A stretch of 39,271 bases of DNA from Candidatus Peribacteraceae bacterium (GTDB lineage: Bacteria > Patescibacteriota > Gracilibacteria > Peribacterales > Peribacteraceae), in contig JBBAAJ010000002.1 of the NCBI GenBank assembly GCA_041658365.1, forward strand, positions 1 to 39,271. The letters run 5' to 3'. Below, in pieces: positions 1 to 7,759 of this stretch (position 1 is its first letter; each line of letters starts with the position of its first letter). Position numbers and translations under genes: made by a program. The notes beneath the pieces are model-generated. The model was not told the DNA's origin. It saw only the letters and a program-made list of their open reading frames with translations, and made no database searches.

Positions 1-225
1 GAGAGCACCGATCACCAGGAGCCCCTGCCACGGGGAAGGGAGCAGGATACTGAAGGCGATCCCGCGGTTCCTCAAGAGCGTGAGTTCGATGAACTGCCCC
101 ACAATCGGGATCGGAGTAGTCAGCTGCTGCAGGAGGAGCGCCGCGCCGACGGCAAGCACACAGGAGGAGACAGCGGTCAGGAGGAGAATCGCCACGAGTG
201 GGAGTCTACTATAATGTGTGCCCAT
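1..225 (-). CDS. lspA: lipoprotein signal peptidase II, N-terminal part (3' end outside window)
   Basis: The minus-strand frame is open to the window edge. The translation is MGTHYSRLPLVAILLLTAVSSCVLAVGAALLLQQLTTPIPIVGQFIELTLLRNRGIAFSILLPSPWQGLL. It has an N-terminal TM helix and the N-x-G-x-AFS motif typical of LspA. The start is ATG at 225 or GTG at 195. Confidence 0.55.
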   Translation of the reverse strand, partial: MGTHYSRLPLVAILLLTAVSSCVLAVGAALLLQQLTTPIPIVGQFIELTLLRNRGIAFSILLPSPWQGLLVIGAL

Positions 226-1435
226 GTTCAGAAGAGCGGATTTCCTCCTCCTCGGGATTGTATTGAGCTTGAGCCTCTTCGGTCTTGCCATGATCGCGAG
301 CGTCAGCGTGTACCAGAGTTATCAGCTCACACAGAGATTCGTCGAATTGGGAACAGGGGAAGCGCCATCCAACGCGTTCTATCTCTGGCGCAGCTTCCTC
401 CACATGCTCATCGCGCTTTCGGCGCTCTGTGTCACCAGCGTCATTCCGTATCACGTATGGCAACGGTTCGCGCGCGTTCTTTTCCTAGGGAATCTCATTC
501 TCCTCGTTATGCTCTTCGTCCCGGGACTTGGGAATGAATATGGTACGGCAAAGAGCTGGTTACAGTTGGGATTCTCCACGATCCAACCATCGGAATTCCT
601 GAAATTGACGCTCGTGTTCTATCTCGCCGTCTGGCTCCAGAAAAAGGAGTCGCTGATCTCGACGTTCCGGGAAGGATTCGTCCCGTTCGCGGTGCTCCTC
701 AGTCTTTCCACGTTCCTCGTGGCCATACAGCCGGACCTCGGTTCGTTCCTCGTGTTTTCCGCCTTGGCCTCGATGATGTTCTTCGTCGCTGGAGGGAATG
801 TCTTCCATCTCTTCCTTGGCGGGGCGATGGCAGGCGTTCTCGGACTCCCCATCATCCTGAACAAGGAGTATATCCGGGACCGTTTCACCGTATTTCTCCG
901 CATTTTACTCCATCCGGCGGATCAGACCTATCGGGAAGGAATCGGTTTCCAGATTTACCAGGCGCTCATCGCCATCGGGAGCGGCGGGCTCTTCGGCGTG
1001 GGATACGGCAGGTCCGTTCAGAAGTTCGGCTATCTCCCGGAGGTGCAGTCCGACACGATCTTCGCGGCGATGGCCGAAGAGCTCGGTTTCCTCCGCCTCC
1101 TCATCGTCCTTGGTCTCTACGGAATCTTCGTCTACCGCGGATTCCGCATTGCACGAAACGCTCCCGACCGATTCGGCCTTCTCGTTGCCACTGGCATTAC
1201 GGCGAGCATTGCTTTCCAGACGCTCCTGAACATCTCCGTGAACCTCTCTCTCCTGCCCATCACGGGCGTCACGCTCCCCTTCATCAGCTACGGCGGGTCA
1301 TCGCTGGTGACGACACTGGCCTCGGTGGGAGTGCTCCTGAACATCTCCATGCATTCAACGCAGGAAGAAGCCGCAGGGCGGCGACGCACGCGACAGTCGT
1401 ATATCGGATCTCTCCAACGCTTCATCCACAGTTGA
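218..1435 (+). CDS. ftsW: SEDS-family peptidoglycan glycosyltransferase FtsW/RodA
   Basis: A 405-aa polytopic membrane ORF with SEDS motifs (GSGGLFGVGYGRS, LPEVQSDTIFAAMAEELGF, LPFISYGGSS). It lies directly upstream of murG. The start could be ATG 218 or 224. Confidence 0.85.
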   Translation: MPMFRRADFLLLGIVLSLSLFGLAMIASVSVYQSYQLTQRFVELGTGEAPSNAFYLWRSFLHMLIALSALCVTSVIPYHVWQRFARVLFLGNLILLVMLFVPGLGNEYGTAKSWLQLGFSTIQPSEFLKLTLVFYLAVWLQKKESLISTFREGFVPFAVLLSLSTFLVAIQPDLGSFLVFSALASMMFFVAGGNVFHLFLGGAMAGVLGLPIILNKEYIRDRFTVFLRILLHPADQTYREGIGFQIYQALIAIGSGGLFGVGYGRSVQKFGYLPEVQSDTIFAAMAEELGFLRLLIVLGLYGIFVYRGFRIARNAPDRFGLLVATGITASIAFQTLLNISVNLSLLPITGVTLPFISYGGSSLVTTLASVGVLLNISMHSTQEEAAGRRRTRQSYIGSLQRFIHS

Positions 1436-1439
1436 TTCT

Positions 1440-2513
1440 ATGACTTCACCGAAGACGGTTCTGTTCTGCGGCGGCGGCAGTGTGGGACACGTGGCGCCGT
1501 TCCTCGCGGTTGGGCAGGCTCTCACGAAACATTCTCCAGACATCAGAACGGTGTTCATTTGCACGGAGCGAAGCGAAGAGACCTGGCTCCTGACGCATGC
1601 GAGGGTCAGATTCTCCACGCTCCCGCCCCTGCGGGTTCCGTCGATGTATTCGCCTCGCGCACTTCTCTTTCCATTATCGTTTCTGCGGACATTCCTGCGG
1701 TCACTGGTTATCCTTCGCCAGGAACATCCGGATGCGGTATTCTCGACAGGAGGCACGGTGAGCACCCCCGTCTGTCTCGCGGCGTGGTGCAGACGCATTC
1801 CCGTGGTGCTCCATGAATCGGATAGCGTGCTGAGTCGGGGCGGCTCCTTTCTCGCACGGATCTCACGGAAAATTTGCACGGGGTTTGTGATCGATAGATT
1901 GACCTCTCGGATGCGGCAGAAAGTTGTGCACACCGGCAATCCCGTGCGTGGGGAAATTCTCCGCGGAAATCGTTCCGCCGGACAGCGGATCACGCGGTTT
2001 TCCGGTCGCCGGCCGGTACTTCTCGTCATCGGCGGAAGCCAGGGTGCCCAGTCGATCAATGAAGCGGTGGAGCAGATGTTCGAGGAACTGCTCGATCTCA
2101 CGGATATCATTCATCTCACCGGTGCAGGGAAAGCGATCAGCAGGACTCATGCGCGCTACTTCGCGCGTCCCTTCGTCACCGAGGAGCTCCCCCATCTGTA
2201 CGCGCTTGCGGATCTCGCGGTGACCCGGGCGGGAGCAGGAGTTCTGGCCGAGCTCGCGGTACTCAGGAAACCTGCGATCGTCGTTCCCCTTACGGGGGTG
2301 GCGCATGATCACCAGCAGAAGAACGCAGAACATCTCGCTGCGCAGGGGGCGGTGGAACTTCTGGAGCAAGAACGACTCCTGGAGCTTCCGGAGCGCGTTG
2401 CTTCTCTCCTCCGGGACAGCGAAAGGAGGCAGAGGCTTGGCGGGAACCTGGCAAGAGCGTTCCCGTCCGGCGCGGCGGAGCGCATTGCCAGGATCCTTCT
2501 GGACGTCCTCTGA
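1440..2513 (+). CDS. murG: UDP-N-acetylglucosamine--N-acetylmuramyl-(pentapeptide) pyrophosphoryl-undecaprenol GlcNAc transferase
   Basis: N-terminal GGGSVGHVAPFLAV loop and C-terminal TRAGAGVLAEL...PLTGVAHDHQQKNA region, as in GT28 MurG. It starts 5 nt after the ftsW stop. Confidence 0.9.
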   Translation: MTSPKTVLFCGGGSVGHVAPFLAVGQALTKHSPDIRTVFICTERSEETWLLTHARVRFSTLPPLRVPSMYSPRALLFPLSFLRTFLRSLVILRQEHPDAVFSTGGTVSTPVCLAAWCRRIPVVLHESDSVLSRGGSFLARISRKICTGFVIDRLTSRMRQKVVHTGNPVRGEILRGNRSAGQRITRFSGRRPVLLVIGGSQGAQSINEAVEQMFEELLDLTDIIHLTGAGKAISRTHARYFARPFVTEELPHLYALADLAVTRAGAGVLAELAVLRKPAIVVPLTGVAHDHQQKNAEHLAAQGAVELLEQERLLELPERVASLLRDSERRQRLGGNLARAFPSGAAERIARILLDVL

Positions 2514-2553
2514 GGTTCCCCGTACAATTCAGCCCCGCTTCACTCCTCATCGT

Positions 2554-3177
2554 ATGCGCAAAACCGCTTTTCTCCTCGTTCTCTTCACCCTCCCCGTCAT
2601 GCTTGCCGCCTGCAGCTCCGTCCCCGTACCCGCGGCTCCTCCCGTAGATCAGGCAGCGACTCCCAGCTGGGTCTGGGACGGCACCATTCTCTCGGGAAAG
2701 CACACGGTCGTTCTCCAGACGACCAAGGGGGACATCACACTCGAGCTCAATGGGGATATCGCGCCGAAGACCGTCACGAATTTCATGGCGCTCGCGGCCT
2801 CCGGATACTTTAACGGTCTCACGTTCCACCGCGTGATCCCGGGATTCATGATTCAGGGCGGCGATCCGAACGGGAATGGCACCGGCGGCAGGAGTATCTT
2901 TGGGGAGATGTTCGAAGACGAAATCAAGCCGGACAGCGCCATGTACAAGGCCGGCTACAAGGAAGGCGTCGTCGCGATGGCCAATAGCGGGCCGAACACG
3001 AACGGCAGCCAGTTCTTCATCATGGATCGCGACTATCCGCTCCCGCCGAAATACACCATCTTCGGTTCCGTCGCAGAGGGGCAGGAAGTGGTGAATGCAA
3101 TCGCGAACGCGGAGCGTGATCCGACGAACGACATGCCGAAGCAGAAGGTGACCTTCGTGGTGAAGGTGATCAAATAA
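2554..3177 (+). CDS. cyclophilin-type peptidyl-prolyl cis-trans isomerase, lipoprotein
   Basis: Cyclophilin signature FHRVIPGFMIQGGDP...GTGG...NSGPNTNGSQFFI. The N-terminus MRKTAFLLVLFTLPVMLAAC has a lipobox. The longer ORF from 2305 overlaps murG and was rejected. Confidence 0.85.
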   Translation: MRKTAFLLVLFTLPVMLAACSSVPVPAAPPVDQAATPSWVWDGTILSGKHTVVLQTTKGDITLELNGDIAPKTVTNFMALAASGYFNGLTFHRVIPGFMIQGGDPNGNGTGGRSIFGEMFEDEIKPDSAMYKAGYKEGVVAMANSGPNTNGSQFFIMDRDYPLPPKYTIFGSVAEGQEVVNAIANAERDPTNDMPKQKVTFVVKVIK

Positions 3178-3265
3178 TTGCTAAATGGTTAAATTGTTAA
3201 ATTGTTCGCAAGCGAAGCGTCGAGTGTTGCCTGTCAGCAATTTAACAATTTAGCAATTTAACAAT
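3176..3265. repeat. AT-rich long hairpin, copy 1 of the CGCAAGCGAA-core family
   Basis: The left arm aattgctaaatggttaaattgttaaattgtt is an imperfect inverted repeat of the right arm agcaatttaacaatttagcaatttaacaat. The loop carries cgcaagcgaa (3207-3216). The element starts at the PPIase stop codon and a T7 run follows at 3274-3282. Confidence 0.8.
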
Positions 3266-3290
3266 AGGTGTATCCTTTTTTTCGATCTGC

Positions 3291-4793
3291 ATGCGCACTC
3301 GCTTCGCTCCCTCCCCTACCGGCTTCCTCCATGTGGGGGGCGTCCGTACGGCGCTTTTTGCCTGGCTGATGGCAAAAAAAACCAAGGGGACTTTCGTGCT
3401 AAGACTTGAAGACACCGACCGTGCGCGGGAAGCCCCGGGAGCCGCCGAGAACATTTTGAAGACTCTGGCTTGGGCAGGCCTTTCTCCGGACGAGGGTGTG
3501 ATGCTTGAGGGGGAGACAATAGTCGAGCGTGGAACCTTTGGTCCGTATGTACAATCGAAGCGCGTACACCTGTATCAGGAGTATGCCGACCAGCTTATAA
3601 AAAGCGGCCAAGCCTACCACTGTTTTTGCAGTCCTGCGCGGCTCGAAGAAATGCGAAAACTTCAGGAGGCGCTCCGTCAGGCGCCGATGTATGACCGGAC
3701 ATGTCTGGAACTGTCCGCTGAAGAAGTGAAAGAGCGATTAGATGCTGGGGAGAAACACGTGCTTCGCATGAAGATCCCGCGCGAGGAAACGATCGTCTAT
3801 GACGACGAGATCTACGGAAAACTGTCCTTCAAGGGACATACGGTGGATGACCAGATCCTGCTCAAATCGGACGGTTTCCCGACGTACCACCTGGCGCACG
3901 TGGTGGATGATCACCTGATGCAGATGGACATGGTCATTCGCGGCGAAGAATGGCTTTCGTCTTTGCCCAAGCATTTGCTTCTGTTCCGGTTTTTGGGCTG
4001 GACTCCCCCGAAATATGCCCATGTTCCCCTGATTTTAAATACAGATCGGACCAAACTTTCCAAGCGCCAAAATGACGTGGCGACCGAGCAGTACATCGAA
4101 AAAGGTTACCTAGCCGAAGCGCTCATAAATTTTTTGGCGCTCCTTGGCTGGAACCCGGGAACCGAGCAGGAAATTTTCACCCGGGAAGAGCTTCTGCATG
4201 CGTTCTCGCTGAACCGGGTTCAAAAATCGGGGGCAGTTTTCGATCTTCAGAAACTCGACTGGGTTCAGGGGCAATGGATGCGGAAAATACCGGTGACGGA
4301 TTTTGCGGACCGGATAAAATCACTGGTGTCAGCCAGGTATCCGGCTGCCGCCGAAGATGAAAAATTTATCGCGAAAGCCGCATTGATTCAGACGCGGATC
4401 ACATTTTTTCCGGAGGCGGCGGAAATGCTCGCGTTCTTTTACGAATCTCCGGTTGTGTCAAAAGACGTCTTGGTCAATCCGAAACAGGGAGTCACCGAAA
4501 GCGAATTGCCAAAAATTATCGATTTTTTACTTGAGAGCCTTTCTTCAATACCGAATTCTGAATGGCGAAAAGATGTAATTGTAAATGTTCTTGAATCCTC
4601 AAATATTTCAAGATTTGCCAGCAAGGCTGCCGGAGGAGTTGATTTATCCACTTGTCTAAAAAAAGGACAATATCTCTGGCCGCTCCGCGCCGCGCTTACC
4701 GGCAGACCTTTCAGCCCCGGGGCCTATGAGGTCGCAGCTCTTCTGGGGAAAGAAGAAACGTTGAAGAGACTAAAGTCAGGGAGTCGGGAATAG
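3291..4793 (+). CDS. gltX: glutamyl-tRNA synthetase
   Basis: Class I motifs PSPTGFLHVGGVRTALF (HIGH region) and KLSKRQ (KMSKS). Length and overall similarity fit bacterial GluRS. Confidence 0.92.
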   Translation: MRTRFAPSPTGFLHVGGVRTALFAWLMAKKTKGTFVLRLEDTDRAREAPGAAENILKTLAWAGLSPDEGVMLEGETIVERGTFGPYVQSKRVHLYQEYADQLIKSGQAYHCFCSPARLEEMRKLQEALRQAPMYDRTCLELSAEEVKERLDAGEKHVLRMKIPREETIVYDDEIYGKLSFKGHTVDDQILLKSDGFPTYHLAHVVDDHLMQMDMVIRGEEWLSSLPKHLLLFRFLGWTPPKYAHVPLILNTDRTKLSKRQNDVATEQYIEKGYLAEALINFLALLGWNPGTEQEIFTREELLHAFSLNRVQKSGAVFDLQKLDWVQGQWMRKIPVTDFADRIKSLVSARYPAAAEDEKFIAKAALIQTRITFFPEAAEMLAFFYESPVVSKDVLVNPKQGVTESELPKIIDFLLESLSSIPNSEWRKDVIVNVLESSNISRFASKAAGGVDLSTCLKKGQYLWPLRAALTGRPFSPGAYEVAALLGKEETLKRLKSGSRE

Positions 4794-4837
4794 GGATTGG
4801 AATATTAGGATCTTCCGAAAAAAGGGAGACATCAGAT

Positions 4838-5010
4838 ATCCGCAGCACGGGCATCGTGCCCGTGTAGAGCATTCTATGCATCACAGGGGCACGATGCCCC
4901 GGCTACGGTAACTACGGTAACTTACCAATTACTTCCCGCAGCGGAGATTCGAGAATCTCCGCGTCCCAAGGACAAGAACCGCAGCGATTTTCGAATCGCT
5001 GCTACGGTTT
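4838..5010. repeat. cluster of four short GC-rich hairpins with shared flanks
   Basis: The hairpins are cacgggca-tcg-tgcccgtg (4846-4864), ggggca-cga-tgcccc (4886-4900), gcggagatt-cgag-aatctccgc (4941-4962) and gcagcgatt-ttcg-aatcgctgc (4981-5002). Recurrent flanks are ccgcagc on the left and gctacgg on the right. A tandem ctacggtaa x2 lies at 4903-4920. Confidence 0.75.
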
Positions 5011-5544
5011 TTGAAAATGCAAAAAATCTATCAAAAGTCAGCAATTCGAGGAAACCGCTTGCCTCACGATACTTCTGGTACACTGGGTACCATGAGTGAC
5101 GTTGAAGTAGATATTTCCACGGAGGGCGGCAGGGCCGTGATCGAGGGGAAGACGTCGGTTCCCTTCCGCACGTTCGTGAGCCTCATCCTCCAGAGGAAGG
5201 TCCAGACAATCTTCAAGAAGTGTCAGGATGATCCCGTGATCGTCGGGAGCGAGCTCTTAACTGCGCTCGCGAGCGCGCCGGACGATCGTCAGGAGGATCG
5301 GAGCAAGCTGGTGCTCGTGACGTTCGGCATGGGGGTGCTTGCCGGGATCTTTCTCACGGTGCTCACGTTCGTTCTTCTTGCAATGTTCGGCGTGCGGCCG
5401 CAGGACAAAGACCTCCTCATCGTTCTGGGGATTTTCCTCGTCGTTGCTGTTGTCATGTTCGTGCTTCTCCACGTGCAGCGAACGCCGGGAAAGCAACAGC
5501 TCTACGACACGATGGAGAAGATCAAAGATCTGATAATGCGATAG
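5011..5544 (+). CDS. hypothetical membrane protein (two C-terminal TM helices)
   Basis: Hydrophobic segments LVLVTFGMGVLAGIFLTVLTFVLLAMF and LLIVLGIFLVVAVVMFVLL. The start is uncertain (TTG 5011, ATG 5017 or ATG 5092). No family recognised. Confidence 0.5.
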   Translation: MKMQKIYQKSAIRGNRLPHDTSGTLGTMSDVEVDISTEGGRAVIEGKTSVPFRTFVSLILQRKVQTIFKKCQDDPVIVGSELLTALASAPDDRQEDRSKLVLVTFGMGVLAGIFLTVLTFVLLAMFGVRPQDKDLLIVLGIFLVVAVVMFVLLHVQRTPGKQQLYDTMEKIKDLIMR

Positions 5545-5549
5545 GTTTT

Positions 5550-5645
5550 CAATTGTTAAATGGTTAAATTGTTAAATTGTTACGCAAGCGAAACGCACGC
5601 TGTTGCATGCAAGCAATTTAACAATTTAACAATTTAGCAATTTAT
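5550..5645. repeat. AT-rich long hairpin, copy 2 of the CGCAAGCGAA-core family
   Basis: The left arm is caattgttaaatggttaaattgttaaattgtta and the right arm is agcaatttaacaatttaacaatttagcaattta. The loop carries cgcaagcgaa (5583-5592) and ttgcatgcaagc. It closely resembles the 3176-3265 element and ends 3 nt before the murB ATG. Confidence 0.8.
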
Positions 5646-5647
5646 TC

Positions 5648-6517
5648 ATGCAATTACTTGAGAACATTTCTTTGGCACCCAAGACCACGATGCGCATCGG
5701 CGGCACGGCGCGCTATTTCGCCGAGCTTCGGACGAGAGAGGACGTGGAGAACACATGGCGTTTCGCGCGGGAGCATCACCTTCCGCTCATTCCGCTCGGT
5801 GCAGGATCGAACACGATTTTCGCCGATGGCACGGTGGAAGCGGTTGTCATTCAGGTCAAAGCCGATTCAGTGAAGCGCGAAGCAAACAGCGTGACGGTTC
5901 AGGCGGGGAAACACCTGGCTTTGCTCGTGAGCGAGTGCGCGAAATCAGGGCTTGACCTCTCGGCGCTCGCCGGCATTCCGGGGACGGTCGGCGGCGCAGT
6001 TTTCGGCAACGCGGGACAGGGGCCCGAAGGTGTTTGGACAGGGTCTTTTCTGAGTCAGGTCGAAGTGTTCGTGGATGGTGCCTGGAAAGTGTTCTCACGT
6101 GAGGAATGCGGCTTCGGTTACCGCGATAGTGTGTTCAAGAGCATGCGCGGTGCGGTTATCTGGGAAGCAGTTTTTTCGCTTCCGGTAAAAACTCCCGGGG
6201 AAATAGAGGCCGAAATACAAAAACTTTTGCAGCACCGCAAAGACGCGCAGTTCTTCGGCCGCACAGCGGGCTCGTGCTTCAAAGGACTCCCGGACGGCGC
6301 CTCTGCCTGGAAGCTCATTGATGCCGCCAATCTTCGCGGTTTCCAGGTCGGTGGCGTGCAGATCAGCGAAAAACACGCGAATTTCCTGGTGAATTCAGAG
6401 GGAAAGGGAACGTTCGCCGATGCGGTTGCGATCGTCGAGAAGGTGAAACGGTCGGTTCCTGCATTGTCCGGTGTTGAGATGCGATTTATCGAGTCAGATG
6501 GATCGGTAAGGTATTGA
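5648..6517 (+). CDS. murB: UDP-N-acetylenolpyruvoylglucosamine reductase
   Basis: N-terminal LAPKTTMRIGGTARYF, an FAD-binding GAGSN motif, and C-terminal GGVQISEKHANFLVN, as in MurB. Confidence 0.9.
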   Translation: MQLLENISLAPKTTMRIGGTARYFAELRTREDVENTWRFAREHHLPLIPLGAGSNTIFADGTVEAVVIQVKADSVKREANSVTVQAGKHLALLVSECAKSGLDLSALAGIPGTVGGAVFGNAGQGPEGVWTGSFLSQVEVFVDGAWKVFSREECGFGYRDSVFKSMRGAVIWEAVFSLPVKTPGEIEAEIQKLLQHRKDAQFFGRTAGSCFKGLPDGASAWKLIDAANLRGFQVGGVQISEKHANFLVNSEGKGTFADAVAIVEKVKRSVPALSGVEMRFIESDGSVRY

Positions 6518-6521
6518 AGCT

Positions 6522-6553
6522 AAAAAACCCGCCACCGATGGGCGGGGTCTTTG
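6522..6553. terminator. bidirectional rho-independent terminator between convergent murB and ssb
   Basis: aaaaaacccgcc-accgat-gggcggggtcttt. This is a GC stem (6526-6533 with 6541-6548) with an A-tract 5' and a T-rich run 3'. Confidence 0.6.
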
Positions 6554-6572
6554 AGCAAGGTTGTTTTTCCGG

Positions 6573-7421
6573 TCAGAACGGCAAATCCTCCGGCTTGATC
6601 TCGGATTCGTATTTGACAGAGGGAATCGCTGCGGCGGCCACGAGGGCCGGCTCCGGCTCGGCGGGAGAGACGGCGGCGGAAGCGTCCGTCCGGACGGATG
6701 CCAGGATCTCCGTATTGCGTGTACCGAGGAGGGAGACATGGTCGGCGATGATCTCCGTCGTCGCGCGTTTCTGGCCGGCCTGCGTTTCCCATGTGCGCGT
6801 CTGCACGCGGCCGGAAACATAGATGCGCTGCCCCTTCCGGACGGCATGCTGCACGGCCTTGGCGAGGTCTCCCCAGATGACGACGGAGTGGAATTCCGTC
6901 CGTTCCTTGGATTCCTGCGATGCCTTGTCCCGCCAACGCTCGTTCGTGGCGACACTCAGCGTGAGAACGCTTACGCCACTCGTCGTCGTGCGGATCTCCG
7001 GGTCGCGGGTGACGTTTCCGATGACCTGTGCGCGGTTGAGACATTGGAGGAGAACGCCGGCATCCGACGGCGGTTCAGTCTGCCCGTCCTTGGGATCGAG
7101 GAGAATCATGTCAAGCGCGACCACCTTGGTCTTCGAGCGCTTCTCGCCAGACTGAGTGTCCTCCCAGCTGTCTGTCTGAAGGCGGCCGGAAACAAAGATC
7201 TGTGCGCAGGGCTTCACGTACTGGCCTGCTATGTCGGCCATACCGCCCCAGACGGTGACCGTATGGAAACTTCTGCCGGCGAGGGACTCGCCACGCGCGT
7301 TCTGGAAGGAGTACGGCACGACGAGATTCAAGTCTACGACGCTTGTGCCGGCGGGCGTCTGGCGGAGGGTAAGTGGTTGTGTTTGGTAGCCGATGAGTTC
7401 GACCCTGTTGAGTGAGAACAT
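6573..7421 (-). CDS. ssb: single-stranded DNA-binding protein with two tandem OB folds
   Basis: It starts MFSLNRVELIGYQ (ATG 7421). A second OB begins at LNRAQVIGNVTRDPEIR. Both halves share the ...FH.V..WG......V.KG..I.VSGR.QT..WE... pattern. The C-terminal tail is EDLPF. The ORF extension to 7625 was rejected. Confidence 0.85.
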   Translation of the reverse strand: MFSLNRVELIGYQTQPLTLRQTPAGTSVVDLNLVVPYSFQNARGESLAGRSFHTVTVWGGMADIAGQYVKPCAQIFVSGRLQTDSWEDTQSGEKRSKTKVVALDMILLDPKDGQTEPPSDAGVLLQCLNRAQVIGNVTRDPEIRTTTSGVSVLTLSVATNERWRDKASQESKERTEFHSVVIWGDLAKAVQHAVRKGQRIYVSGRVQTRTWETQAGQKRATTEIIADHVSLLGTRNTEILASVRTDASAAVSPAEPEPALVAAAAIPSVKYESEIKPEDLPF

Positions 7422-7536
7422 CTCTGCGGGGGGAATGGAAGTAAAGGAGGTTGCCGTGGACGAACGTACACCCTGCCAGATTGAGTGGCAAACAAAAGGA
7501 ATTGAAGAAAAAGAATTTTGTTTCTTGGTAGTAAGA

Positions 7537-7693
7537 GAACCTCCGATTAATCGGCAGTATTCCACATCAGCAGCGGCCGTCCCGGCCGCGGCGAATGAAA
7601 AATTGCTGCGTTGTCCATCACGCAAACACCGCGGCTCGGAAAGCCGCTGCTGTTATGTTGTTGTTCGCGAACGATAGCATTTATCGGAGGTTC
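7537..7693 (+). repeat. ~157-nt structured element, copy 1 (candidate ncRNA or MITE-like element)
   Basis: A near-identical core recurs at 25991-26157. The 15-bp terminal stem pairs 7537-7551 with 7679-7693. A perfect 10-bp inner stem pairs cagcagcggc (7568-7577) with gccgctgctg (7643-7652). Strand assignment is tentative. Confidence 0.6.
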
Positions 7694-7759
7694 CTAAGTT
7701 CTGATTCTCCGATCATAGGCAATAGACAATAGAGTCCAGTACACTCGCGAGCGGAACCC

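Noticed and set aside
210-224. TATAAT at 210-215 just upstream of the ftsW ATG (218 or 224), considered as a leaderless promoter.
   Set aside because: It lies inside the probable lspA coding start on the opposite strand, and no -35 or other support is visible. It is too speculative to list as a feature.
4838-5010. A possible CRISPR array, considered at the hairpin cluster and at the other repeated palindromes.
   Set aside because: The repeats are not identical. Unit lengths and spacings are irregular. There are only four units and no cas genes in the window.
7422-7625. N-terminal extensions of track ORFs. These are ssb to 7625, pyrF to 32505, comM to 34637, nrdR from 20435, PPIase from 2305, dnaE from 15861 and aspS from 21045.
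   Set aside because: In each case a downstream Met begins the canonical family N-terminus (for example MFSLNRVELIGY, MHFADAL...VCVGLDP, MRCPRCKH, MKSSDFVHLHCHS). The extension also runs through a neighbouring gene or a structured repeat.
7393-7677. ORFs 7393-7677 and 25867-26133 share the peptide INRQYSTSAAAVPAAANE...RCPSRKHRG.ESRCCYVV. A shorter ORF (MKNC[C/R]VVHHANTAA[R/W]KAAAVML...) is also open in both copies of the ~160-nt element.
   Set aside because: The shared peptide only reflects the repeated DNA. The long ORFs enter the element from unrelated upstream sequence. The differences I compared between copies within the short ORF are non-synonymous. The positions fit base-paired helices better than codons.
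7723-7745. TAGACA ... TACACT upstream of P1, considered as a -35/-10 pair.
   Set aside because: The spacer is only 11 nt, which is incompatible with a sigma70-type promoter.
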